Below, in pieces: positions 37,281-52,438 of a DNA stretch of 64,000 bases. The DNA lies in contig CAVVML010000030.1 of NCBI GenBank assembly GCA_963749265.1, positions 328 through 64,327 on the forward strand. The letters run 5' to 3'. Source of the DNA: an uncultured Acidobacteriota bacterium (lineage in GTDB: Bacteria; Acidobacteriota; Thermoanaerobaculia; UBA5066; Gp7-AA6). Positions within the stretch are counted from its first letter, which is position 1. Every line of letters begins with the position of its first letter. The notes beneath the pieces are model-generated. The model was not told the origin of the DNA, searched no databases, and saw only the letters and a list, made by a program, of their open reading frames with translations. Both the position numbers and the translations under genes were made by a program.

Positions 37281-38740
37281 TCACACCACCGGCGCGGCAT
37301 CGATCACCGACGACCGCGCTCGCGTTTCCTTGACCGCCTCCGCCAGAAGCGCGACGCCCGGCTCGATCGCTTCGCGCTCGACGCGGGAAACCGACAGACG
37401 CACGCGGCGCGGTCCTTCCCCTCCGGGTCGAAGTCCCCGCCCGGCGCGACGGCGACGCCCCGAGCCGCCGCGGCCTCGGCCACGCTTCTCCCCGAGACTC
37501 CCTCCGGAAGCCGCAGCCAGAAGAGCGCGCTTCCGGGCTCTCCCGCCCCACCACGAGACTTCCGGCAGGTGTCTCCGAGCGCCTCCGCCATCGCCTCGCG
37601 CCGCGAGCTCGCACTTCCCACGCGCGCGCCTTGCGCGCCTCGCGGTCGGCTCCCGCGCGCAGAAACGACGCGATCGCGGCCTGCAGCGGGAGCGGCGTCT
37701 GGAAGTCGGCGGTTCTCTTCACGAGGGCGAGCCGCTCGACGACGCCGCGCGGCGCGGCGAGCCAGCCGATGCGGAAGCCGGGCACGAGGTCCTTCGACAG
37801 CGTCCCCAGCCAGACGACCCGGTCGGGCCGGCGCGCCGCGAGCGGCGGCTCGCCCGACTCGGGCTCCTCGTAGCCGTCCTCGACGACGAGCGCGCCCGCG
37901 TCCTCCGCCGCCTCCAGGATCTCGCGCCGCTTCGTTCGGTCGCCGTGACGCCCGTGGGGTTCTGCCGTTCCGGCATCACGTAGAGGAGCTTCGCGCGCCG
38001 CCCGCGCAGCGGCAGACGTCCGGCCCGCCGGGCGTCATCGGCAGCGGCAGCAGATCTCGACACCGGCGAAGCGCGCCAGCGCGAGCGCGCCCGTATAGGT
38101 GGGCGACTCCATCGCGACGAGTCGCCCGGGTCCGTGAACGTGCGGAAGAGCAGGTCGAGGCCCTGCTGCGCGCCGCTCGTCGACGAGGATCTCGTCGGGG
38201 GAGCGCGCGATGCCGCTCTCGGAGAGCCGGCGCGAGATCTCGACGCGCAGTTCCTCGAGGCCGAGCGGGGGAGCGTACTGCCAGAGGTCCGGCGGCGGCT
38301 CCAGGCGTCGGTCAGCGTGCGATGAAGCGGTCGAGGGGGAAGAACCGCTCGTCCGGCGTCAGGCGCGAGAAGTCGGCGACGACCGGGAGCGAGACGAGCG
38401 GGGGAGCCGCGCCGGGCATCGCGGACGCGCGGCTCGAGACGAGCTCCGCGGCGTCGAAACGGCCGGGGGCGGCGGGCGAGTGGCGCGGACGACCGTGCCG
38501 CTGCCCACGCGGTCGTCGCCAGGCCCTCTTCGGCCAGGCGCCGATACGCCGTCTGGACGGTGCCGCGGTTGACGCCGAGCGCGGCCGCGACCTCGCGCGT
38601 CGTGGGGAGGCGCGACGCCTCGCGGAAAGAGGCCCGTCTCGATGCGCGCGGCGAGCGCCGCGAAGAGCTGCTGGGCGAGCGGCTCGCGGGAGGCCCGGTC
38701 GAGCTCGATCGAGACCAGGTAGATCCAATTGGCCCGCCAT
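37281..38740 (-). CDS. MocR/GabR (PdxR-like) GntR-aminotransferase transcriptional regulator; heavily frameshifted
   Basis: N-terminal PLAQQL...[18 protein letters not shown] wHTH; [30 protein letters not shown]; adjacent to pdxST. Confidence 0.85.
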
Positions 38741-38873
38741 CGCGCCAATTGTATTGGCCAAGCTCAGAGCGCAGGGAATCTCTCTAATTGCTGATGGTGA
38801 TCTGGTTATAGCTCACAGCGATTTGGATGTAAATCGCGGCGTTAGCGATAAGTTGCTTATCAGAATCTACGTG
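38725..38873. promoter_or_regulatory. AT-rich regulatory region with CCAAT/ATTGG boxes and two perfect inverted repeats
   Basis: CCAATTGG..CCAATTGTATTGG; GCGATTT-N6-AAATCGC (38818-38837); GATAAG-N3-CTTATC (38847-38861). Confidence 0.55.
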
Positions 38874-39148
38874 TAGAGGATCCAGGCGCCGTGCTTGCGG
38901 AGCTCGTCGTCCAGGTTGCGTCGAGAAGAGGAACTCCTCGTCCTGCTCGTTGAGGTTCCGGCGCTTGGCGAGCGAGGCGCGGACCTTCTCCTCGATCGCG
39001 TCGAGCTCCTTGTAGCGTCTCGGTCAGGTCCCGCACGACCGCCCGCCGCACCGTGTCGTCGTCCGCCTTCTGCTCAGGTTCGGTTGTCCTTGAGCTTCTT
39101 CAGCGATGACGCGCGACAGGTAGAGAACCGGTCGGCCGAAGTCTTCAT
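38867..39148 (-). CDS. DUF507-like small protein; frameshifted
   Basis: Stitched translation ...VRRAVVRDLTE..KELDAIEEKVRASLAKRRNLNEQDEEFLF...LDDELRKHGA. Confidence 0.6.
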
Positions 39149-39774
39149 CGCGCCTCGGCTCGCGAGGATCTCGTCGGACAGCGGGTGGCGGAAGAGCTGC
39201 TCGATCACCGGCCCGGCGAGATCGCGGCGACGTCGGCGCCCATCAGCGCGGCGTCGAGAACGTGGACCGGGTTGCGCAGCGTCCGAAACCAGGATCTGCG
39301 TCTGGAAGCCGTAGTTGTCGTAGACGCGGATGATCTGCTCGACGAGGTCCATGCCGATCGAGCCGACGTCGTCGAGCGGTCCCACCGCCGGCGCCACGTA
39401 GCTGACGTTGGACTTGGCGGCGATCAGCGCCTGCGCCGCGGAGAAGCAGCCGGAGGCGCAGACGGCGACCTGGTCCTGGGCCAGCAGCCGCGCCACGCGC
39501 ATGCCCTCGGGCTGCGGCGGCAGGCGAGACGACGATGTCCTTGCCGAGCTTGGCGAGCTCGCGCGCCTCCTTGTACATGCCCTTCGCGTCGGTCGAGGCG
39601 GGGGCCACGCAGACCGGGCCGTCGGTCAGCGCGCGAGAGCTCGCGACGCCTTGCCGGTAGTCCGAGCCGGCCTTCTCCGCCGGCGCCGAGGGAGAGCCAC
39701 ACGCCGTCGAGCAGCCGAGGTCCCTGATGCGCACGGGCTTCTTCCGCGCTGGCGCTGTCGAGAAAGAAACGCAT
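39145..39774 (-). CDS. Transaldolase/fructose-6-phosphate aldolase (TalC/Fsa)-like protein with degenerate active site; frameshifted
   Basis: MRFFLDSA, DGPV, MYKEARELAK, FSAAQALIAAK, VGPLDD, YDNYGFQTQIL and HPLSD. Confidence 0.8.
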
Positions 39775-39795
39775 GGGGGCGGGATTCTATATGCA

Positions 39796-39835
39796 GGGAC
39801 AGGAGCAGACGGCAGCAGGAGGCAGGAGGCAGGGA
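39796..39835. repeat. Single-arm GGCAGGA heptamer tandem repeat downstream of gyrA
   Basis: GACAGGA ... GCAGGA GGCAGGA GGCAGGG. Confidence 0.6.
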
Positions 39836-39878
39836 ATACAAGGCGCGAGACGGACGAGGCGGGGAGAGCTGGTCCTCG

Positions 39879-45031
<5,153 letters not shown>

Positions 45032-45035
<4 letters not shown>

Positions 45036-46214
45036 GAGGCTCCGTTCACGGCGCGTACGCGCACGAGCGCGGCGGAGGAAAAGTGCCCGTGCGGCGCCGC
45101 CGCCCGGACGCTTCCCCGCTGTATTTCCAGGACCGCCGCCGGGCGTTTCGACGCTCCGACCCCGAACCGGGCCGGAGGCGCCGTCGTCGTCAGCAGCACC
45201 TGGGCGTCGGCGGGCAGTGCGTCGAAAAACTCCTCGACCCAGCTCTCGGACAGACCGGCGTCGAAATCGTCGGCCGCAAACAGCGGCGGCTCACCCGCCG
45301 ACTTCGCCACCGCGCTCCATTCCGCGAGCTTCACGAGAGCGACCGTGCGCGCGACTTCGCCCGAAGACGCTTCGGCCGCCAGCGGACGGCCGTCCCGTGT
45401 CCAGAGCAGATCGTCGCGGTGCGGGCCCGCGAGCGAATACCCGCGGCGCCGTTCGAGAGGCAGCAGCCGCTGGCAGGCCGCGCGCAGCTCCTCGACCGAG
45501 TCGCCCGGAGACCGAATACTCGGCGCGCACGCCGCGATAGGCCTCGCCGGCCTCGCGCGCCAGAAGCTCGAATTCTTCGTACCAGAGGCCCAGCGCCGCG
45601 CGCCGATGCCGGCGCACCGCCGCTCCGGCGACCGCAAGCTCCTCCGTCCAGGCCTCGAGCTCGCCCGGAGCCGCCGCGTGTCCTCCGGCGCCCGCCCGGC
45701 GCGAGCGCGCGAGCAGCGCGTTGCGCTCCCGCAGGGCCGTGCCGTAGCGCGCGAGATCGTCTCCGGCCGCCGGCTTCAGACCGAGCACGAGTCGATCCAG
45801 GAACCGACGCCGCGCCGACGGAGAGCCGAGGAGCAGCTCGCGATGTTCGGGGGCGAGGAACACCGCCGGCGCCAGGCCGGAAACCTCGCGGAACCCGGCC
45901 GTCTTCTCGCCGCGCCGGAACTCCCGGCCTTCGGCGCGCGACCAGGACACGGTGACCCGTTCCGGGCCCGAGGCCGCCTCGAGCGTCCCGGTGATCGAAA
46001 AGGCTTCGCCCTCGCGCGCCATCGCCGCCGACGTCGCCCCGCGAAAGGAGCGCTGCCCGCACACGAGGGCCGCAGCCTCGAGGAGGTTCGTTTTGCCCTG
46101 CGCGTTCTCTCCCGTGATCAGCGTGACCCCCGCGCCAAAAAACACGGGGTCGGGGGAGAGGTTGCGGAAGCCCTGGTTCGAGATCTCGGAAAGCTGCAAG
46201 CGGTCTAGTCCCAC
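45032..46214 (-). CDS. recF: DNA replication/repair protein RecF; frameshift near 45510
   Basis: [30 protein letters not shown] and ASSGE. Confidence 0.93.
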
Positions 46215-46223
46215 CTCGAGAGT

Positions 46224-47342
46224 TCAGAGACGCATCGGCATGACGACGTAGAGATACCGGGAGGCGCCCTCGAGGCCTCCCTCCGGCTGACACAGGCACT
46301 GGGTGTTTTCGTCCTTCAGCTCGAGCCGCACCGTTTCGGTCTCCGCCTCCTCCAGAAAATCCAGGAGGTACTGCGCGTTGAGCCCGATCGACAGCGGCTC
46401 GCCGTCGAAGGAGACGTCGAGCGTCTCGTGGCCCTCGCCGAGCTCCTGGCTCGCCGAAGCCACCGTGAGCAGGTCCTTCTCGAACGAGAGCTTCACGCCG
46501 CGCGACCGCTCCGAGGAAAACAGCGAGACGCGGCGGATCGCGTCCTTCGTCGCGGCCGTCGGCACCAGCGCGACGCGGTCGTTGTTCTTCGACAGGATCT
46601 TTTCGTAGTCCGGGAAATTCACGTCCAGAAGCCGGGCGACGAGCTGCCGGCTCCCGACGGTGAAGAGCAGGTGATTCTCGGAGTGGCGGATCTCGAGCCG
46701 GGGCGACTCCTCGGATCCTCCGTCCATCTTCAGGATCTCGGCCAGGGCCTTCTTCGGGATCAGGACGTTGGGCACCGTCGCCTTGGCGTCTTCCTTCGGA
46801 AAGTCGATCAGGGCCAGCCGATGGCCGTCGGTTGCGACGAGCTCGAACTCCTTGCCCTTGTCCTTGAGGAGGGCTCCCATGAGCTGGAACCGGGTCTCTT
46901 CGGCGGATACGGCGTATAAAACCTTACGGGTCAGTCGCTTCCATAGGTCCAGGGGGAATGAAACCCCCTTTTTCGCCTCTACCTTGGGTACAGTCGGAAA
47001 ATCCTCGGCCGGCTGCGCCACGAGGCGGAAATTCGACCTCTGGCAGGTCACCCCGAGGTAGTGGTTGTCGAGGAGCTTCAGGTTCACGTCCGCCTCGGGA
47101 AGGTTCCGGATGAGGTCGAAGAGTTTCCTCGCCGGGACCGTCACGCTGCCCGGCCGGGTGACCTTGGCCTCCGCCTGGGAGAGCAGAGTCAGGTCGAGAT
47201 CGGTGGACGTGAACGAGAGATGTCCGTCGGCTGCCCGGAGAAGGATGTTGGAGAGGATCGGAATCGTGTTCTTCCTCTCCACGACTCCCTGCATGAGCGT
47301 GAGCTCATTCAAGAAGTCGCCCCGTTTGACCGTCAATTCCAT
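46224..47342 (-). CDS. dnaN: DNA polymerase III beta clamp
   Basis: IPILSNILL, VATDGHRL, FPDYEKI, LNAQYLLD and VVMPMRL. Confidence 0.98.
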   Translation of the reverse strand: MELTVKRGDFLNELTLMQGVVERKNTIPILSNILLRAADGHLSFTSTDLDLTLLSQAEAKVTRPGSVTVPARKLFDLIRNLPEADVNLKLLDNHYLGVTCQRSNFRLVAQPAEDFPTVPKVEAKKGVSFPLDLWKRLTRKVLYAVSAEETRFQLMGALLKDKGKEFELVATDGHRLALIDFPKEDAKATVPNVLIPKKALAEILKMDGGSEESPRLEIRHSENHLLFTVGSRQLVARLLDVNFPDYEKILSKNNDRVALVPTAATKDAIRRVSLFSSERSRGVKLSFEKDLLTVASASQELGEGHETLDVSFDGEPLSIGLNAQYLLDFLEEAETETVRLELKDENTQCLCQPEGGLEGASRYLYVVMPMRL

Positions 47343-47570
47343 CGGGATTTCCCACCTCCGAGAAGAGAAAAAAGTCTATCACATTTAACCGTATTAATAG
47401 GGCCGCGGAAGAATCGCGAACATCGAAAAAACCCAATAAATACGGGGTCGAAATCGAGGTCGGTCCTGCGGACGCCACTTCGCTTCTTCCGCAGTTCGGA
47501 GGGGTTGCGCGAGCACGCGAGAGGGTGCGGAAAACGCGCTCGCGGAAAACTCGGAGCGACCCGCACCGCG
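47343..47570. other. Putative oriC unwinding region (dnaA-dnaN intergenic)
   Basis: Minus strand TCTTCCGCG-GCCC-TAT-TAA-TAC (box, GC spacer, DnaA-trio layout) beside an AT-rich tract; further box-like TTTTCCGCA/G; gene polarity switches nearby. Confidence 0.7.
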
Positions 47571-48908
47571 TCAGCGATACGTCTGCAGAAAACCGTCGAT
47601 GACCCTGCGGAAATCGGCGTCATCCTCGATCATCCGCTCGATCTTTTCGACCGAGTGCATGACCGTCGAGTGGTGCTTGTCGTTGAAGAGCCGGCCGATC
47701 TCCGGATAGGAAAGCTCGGTCAGCTTCCGGCAGAGGTACATGGCCACCTGGCGGGGAAAGGCCACCGGTTTGGCGTTGGATTTGGCCTTCATGTCCGACA
47801 CCCGCAGCCCGTAATGGGAGGCCACGGTCTTCAGGATTTCGGAGGGGGCGGCCTTGTGCTCCTCCGTCCCCACGATGTCCCGCAGGGTCTCCTTGGCGAG
47901 CTCGACCGAGAGGGGCTTTCCGGTCAGGGACGAGAAGGCCATGACCCGGTTCAGCCGCCCTTCGAGCTCGCGGATGTTGGACTTGACCGTGCCCGCGATG
48001 AACATGGCCACATCGTTGGGGACCTCGACCTTTTCGGCGGCCGCCTTCTTGCGGATGATCGCCACCTTCATCTCGAGATCCGGCGGCTGGATGTCGGCGA
48101 TCAGGCCCCACTCGAAGCGCGAGCGGAGGCGCTCCTCGAGCGTCGGGATCTCCTTGGGGAGCGCGTCGGAGGTCAGGACGATCTGCTTCTGGGCGTCGTG
48201 CAGCGCGTTGAACGTGTGGAAGAACTCTTCCTGCGTCGAGTCTTTGCCGGCGATGAACTGCACGTCGTCCATGAGCAGCACGTCGAGCTCGCGGTAGCGC
48301 CGCTTGAACTCATGCATGCGCTCGAAGCGGAGGGCATTGATCAGATCGTTCAGGAACCGTTCGGCCGAGAGGTAGAGAACGTTGGCGGCCGGGTTGCGCC
48401 GCAGGACCTCTCCCGCGATCGCGTGCATCAGGTGCGTCTTGCCGAGCCCGACGCCGCCGTACAGGAAGAGCGGGTTGTAAGAGCGGGACGGTGTCTCGGC
48501 GACGGCTCGCGCCGCGGCATGGGCGAACTGGTTGGAGTTGCCGACGACGAAGGTTTCGAAGGTGAACCGCGGATTCCCCGTCACTCGGCGCTCGGCGCCG
48601 CCAGGAGGGCCGGCGTCCGCCGACGCCGCGGTCGGCGTCGGAACTCCGGCCGGCTCCGCCGCGGAAGCTTCGAAGCGGATCTCGAGCCCGGGGAACCCCG
48701 CCGCGTCGGCCTCGCGCGCGAGCATCTCGCCGTGACGCGACTGGATCCAGTCCGCGAAGACGCGCGAGGGGACCAGGATCGTGAGGACCGGGCCGTTCGA
48801 GGAGGAGACGAGATCGAGCTGGCGCGTCGGGCCAAACCAGGTCTTCAGCTCCTTCGCATCGAGCTTCGACTCGATCTGTCTGAGGATGGCAGTCCAGATC
48901 TCGGTCAT
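47571..48908 (-). CDS. dnaA: Chromosomal replication initiator DnaA
   Basis: YNPLFLYGGVGLGKTHL, DDVQF, QEEFFHTFN and RLRSRFEWGL. Confidence 0.99.
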   Translation of the reverse strand: MTEIWTAILRQIESKLDAKELKTWFGPTRQLDLVSSSNGPVLTILVPSRVFADWIQSRHGEMLAREADAAGFPGLEIRFEASAAEPAGVPTPTAASADAGPPGGAERRVTGNPRFTFETFVVGNSNQFAHAAARAVAETPSRSYNPLFLYGGVGLGKTHLMHAIAGEVLRRNPAANVLYLSAERFLNDLINALRFERMHEFKRRYRELDVLLMDDVQFIAGKDSTQEEFFHTFNALHDAQKQIVLTSDALPKEIPTLEERLRSRFEWGLIADIQPPDLEMKVAIIRKKAAAEKVEVPNDVAMFIAGTVKSNIRELEGRLNRVMAFSSLTGKPLSVELAKETLRDIVGTEEHKAAPSEILKTVASHYGLRVSDMKAKSNAKPVAFPRQVAMYLCRKLTELSYPEIGRLFNDKHHSTVMHSVEKIERMIEDDADFRRVIDGFLQTYR

Positions 48909-48921
48909 GGTGTGCGCCAGG

Positions 48922-48962
48922 ATTTCCACAAGTTTTCCACAGCTGTGGAAGCCTGTGGGAAG
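48922..48962. promoter_or_regulatory. Cluster of four DnaA boxes just upstream of dnaA
   Basis: ATTTCCACA 48922, TTTTCCACA 48933, and inverted TGTGGAAGC 48944 and TGTGGGAAG 48954. Confidence 0.85.
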
Positions 48963-48999
48963 CCGGGGGCCGGGAGTATATGCCGAGCCGTGGGCGGAA

Positions 49000-49078
49000 A
49001 GTCGAATGTCGAAGCGTCGAAGCGTGAATTCGAGGCGCTTCAACCTTTGAACCTTTCAACACTTCGACTTTCTCGACT
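49000..49078. repeat. Palindromic octamer tandem-repeat element between dnaA and rpmH
   Basis: AGTCGAA TGTCGAAG CGTCGAAG ... CTTCAACC TTTGAACC TTTCAACA CTTCGACT. Confidence 0.85.
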
Positions 49079-49090
49079 CGCCTCGCCCGC

Positions 49091-49119
49091 TTGACTTCGC
49101 ACCCCCCTCCACCTAGGAT
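49091..49119 (+). promoter_or_regulatory. Sigma70-type promoter of rpmH
   Basis: TTGACT-N17-TAGGAT, 11 nt before the ATG. Confidence 0.7.
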
Positions 49120-49130
49120 TCGCCCTCTTT

Positions 49131-49264
49131 ATGAAGCGCACCTACCAGCCCAACAATCGGCGTCGCAAGCGCACGCATGGCTTCCTCGTTCGGATGCGGA
49201 CACGGGCCGGGCGCGCCATATTTCGGCTCGCCGGCGCAAGGGGCGCAAGAAACTCTCGGTGTGA
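49131..49264 (+). CDS. rpmH: 50S ribosomal protein L34; single-base frameshift
   Basis: [22 protein letters not shown]...[10 protein letters not shown]. Confidence 0.95.
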
Positions 49265-49649
49265 ACTCGGGCCCGGCCGTCTCCGAGACCTTCTCGAAAG
49301 ACGACCGCCTCCGCAAACGCAGGGAATTCGAAGAGTGCTACGCCTCCGGGGTGCGCGTTTCCGGACGCCACATCCAGGTTTTTCTTCTCGAAGGATCGCC
49401 ACGGGCGCTTCGTCGCGTCCGCGCCTGGGGATCTCTGTCCCGCGCCGGGTCGGCAACGCGGTGACGCGGAACCGGGTGCGGCGACGCCTGCGCGAGATTT
49501 TCCGGCGCACACGGACGCAGCTCTCGATCGGCGCGGCGCGCCTGGTCGTCAACGCCCGGCCCTCGTCCGCCGCCGCCGCGTTCTCCGAGCTTCTCGAGGA
49601 CTACCGATCGGCCGTGTCGCGAGCGACCTTGCGGCGGATGCGCCGGTGA
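49261..49649 (+). CDS. rnpA: Ribonuclease P protein component; frameshifted
   Basis: [37 protein letters not shown]. Confidence 0.93.
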
Positions 49650-49864
49650 GGTGGCCATCGAGGATCGCGATCGCGGTCCTCGACTTCTACAAGAAATTTC
49701 TTTCGCCGCTTCTGCCCCGGGCCTGCCGCTTCGAGCCGACCTGCTCGCTCTACGCCCGCGAGGCGATCGCGCGATACGGCCTCGGGCGCGGCGCCGCGCT
49801 GGCCCTGCGGCGACTCTTCCGCTGCCACCCGTTCCATCCCGGCGGGATGGATCCGGTGCCCTGA
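49646..49864 (+). CDS. yidD: Membrane protein insertion efficiency factor YidD
   Basis: [10 protein letters not shown]...[14 protein letters not shown]. Confidence 0.95.
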   Translation: MRWPSRIAIAVLDFYKKFLSPLLPRACRFEPTCSLYAREAIARYGLGRGAALALRRLFRCHPFHPGGMDPVP

Positions 49865-49878
49865 GCCGAGACCGACCC

Positions 49879-51556
49879 TTGGAAAAACGCCTTCTCATCG
49901 CTGCCGGGCTCTCGCTCGTGGTGCTCCTCGCCTGGGAGTGGCTCGTCCCCAAGCCCCCGAAACCGCCTCGGACGGCGGCCACCACGCCCTCGGCGGCTGT
50001 GTCGGCGACGCCTGCCCCGGGACAGACACAAGCACAGACACCCGGTCCGGCCGGCGCCGCGTCCGTCGTCTCGGCTCCCGCCTCCGTCGCCGTGAAACCG
50101 GAGCCGGCCGCTGCCGCCGCCGAGGAAACCGTGCGGATGGGCAACGACCTCTTCACGGCCACCTTCTCGAACCGCGGGGGAGTGCTGACCGGCTTCCAGC
50201 TCGCGAAGTACACGGACCAGGAAAAGAAGCCTCTGGAGCTCGTCCGCTCGCTGCCGCCGGATCTGCCCCGGCCCCTCGGCCTGGACTTCGGCCGCGACAC
50301 CGCGCTCACGAAGACCGTGTCGAACGCCCTCTTCCTCGTCGAGAGCCTCCGATCGAAAGTGCTGCGCCTGCGGTACGCCGATGCGAACGTGGCGGTCGAA
50401 AAGGAGATCCGGATCGCCGACGGCTATCTCTTCGACATGAAGGTCACGGTGACCGGTCCGCCGTACGACGTGCTCGTCGGTCCCGGCCTGCGCAATCCGA
50501 CGGACGCCGAGCGCAAATCGAGCTACGTCATGCCGACGAGCGCCGTGCTCGCGACGACGGAAGGCCTCAAGCTCATTCGCGGCGACAAGGCCGAGAAGGC
50601 CAAGGACGAGACCTGGACGCGTGTCCCCGCGCTCCTGGGCGGGCATCGAAGACAACTACTTCCTCGAAGTTCTCATCCCGGGACGGCCCGCGACGGCGCG
50701 CCTCTACACGTATACGGTGACGCGCCCGGACGGCAAGCCTTCGACCGAGATCGCGACGGGGATCTCGGCCGACGGGACGCTGGAGGCTTCGGCCTACTTC
50801 GGCCCCAAGGACGTCTCGGTCCTCGAGAGCTACGGCTACGGCCTCGAGCGCACCGTGGATTTCGGCTGGTACGGCATCCTCGCGCGGCCGCTGTTGTGGC
50901 TGATGAAGAAGTCCTACGCGATCGTCCCCAACTGGGGGGTCGCGATCCTCGTCGTCACGTTTCTCATCCGGCTCCTGCTCTTTCCGCTGACGGCCAAGAG
51001 CTACACGTCGATGAAGAAGATGCAGAAGCTCGCGCCGAAGATGAACGCGATCCGCGACAAGTACAAGAAGGCCAAGACCGACGCGGCGCAGCGCCAGAAG
51101 ATGAACGCCGAGCTGATGGCCCTCTACCAGACCGAGGGCTACAACCCGATGAGCGGCTGCCTGCCGGTGCTCCTGCAGCTTCCCGTCCTCGTCGCGTTCT
51201 ACAACGTGCTCTCGCGCACGATCGAGCTGCGGCACGCGCCGTTCGTGTTCTGGATCAAGGACCTCTCCGCCATCGACCACACCTACGTGCTCGTGATCCT
51301 GATGATCGCTTCGATGTACGCCCAGCAGGCCATGACGCCGTCGACGATGGATCCGGCGCAGAAGAAGATCTTCATGTTCATGCCGGTGCTGTGGGGATTC
51401 TTCCTGAAGGACATGCCGTCGGGACTCGTCCTGTACTGGCTGTTTTCCAACCTGCTGACGATCGTGCAGCAGCTCGTGATGAACAAGATCGTGAAGGAGG
51501 ACGACCCGGCGCCGCCGGCCAAAGGGGCGAAGGCCCTGAAGCAGGCGCGCGCGTAG
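49879..51556 (+). CDS. yidC: Membrane protein insertase YidC; frameshift near 50620
   Basis: EKRLLIA N-terminal TM, YFGPK, VDFGW, NWGVAI, SGCLP, ELRHAPF and GLVLYW. Confidence 0.95.
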
Positions 51557-51568
51557 GTCGATGAGCGC

Positions 51569-52424
51569 ATGAGGTACGAAGCAAAAACGGTCGAAGAGGC
51601 GGTCGAAGGGGCGGCCCGCGCCCTCGGAAAGACGGCTGCGGAGCTCAAGTACACCGTCATCCGGGACGAGAAATCGTTCTGGGGCGGCAGGGTCGTAGAG
51701 ATCGACGTCGACGAGGGGAGAGGCGAACGAGTCGAGGGTCGAGAGTCCAGGGCCGAAGATCGTTTGCCGGAGCGTTGCCGAGGTGGAGACGAAACTGCCT
51801 GCGGAGGCGTTCGCCGCCCCGTCGTCGACCGCGGGAACGCGGCGCGGTTCAGAGTCGACGCGGGAAAGCGGCGGGCTCCGAGTCGCCGCGCGAGCGCGGG
51901 CTCGGCGGGAACGGGGCGCGGCCTCAGAGGCCCCCCGCGAACGCGACACCACGCCGGGCGCGACGGATGCCGAGGCGATCGCGCTGGTCGAGGCCACGTT
52001 GACGGAGCTGCTCTCAGCGGCCGGACTGCTCGTCGAAATCCGGCGGCGCGACGCGCAGGGCGACGAGCTGCTCTTCGAGCTCATCGGCGACGACGTGGAG
52101 CCTCTGCTCGCCAACAAGGGCGAGGGCCTCACGGGTCTCGAGGTTCTCGTGGGCCGCATCGCCGCCAAGCGACTGGGCAAGCCGGTCCACCCGCGGCTCG
52201 ACGCGGACGGCTTCCGGGCGCACCGCAAGGACGCGCTCGAAGAGCTCGCGCGCCAGTCCGCCGAGGAGGTCCGCCGCTCGCGTCGACCCTCGCTGCTTCC
52301 GCCCCTGGCTCCTTGGGAGCGGCGGCTCGTGCATCTCGCGCTCGCGGAGGACGCCGAAGTCGAGACCCAGTCCGAAGGCGACGGCTTTCTGAAACGCGTG
52401 GAGGTTCGCCTCAAGAGCCGCTAG
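51569..52424 (+). CDS. jag: Jag/KhpB (EloR) RNA-binding protein with R3H domain; frameshifted in the linker
   Basis: AKTVEEAV N-terminus; ERRLVHLAL and TQSEG..KRVEV. Confidence 0.88.
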
Positions 52425-52438
52425 GAGGTCGCGTCCGC

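Noticed and set aside
38841-38867. dif-like site GTTAGCGATAA-GTTGC-TTATCAGAATC
   Set aside because: The spacer is 5 bp rather than 6, the XerD arm matches poorly, and it is within 10 kb of oriC, where a chromosomal dif is not expected.
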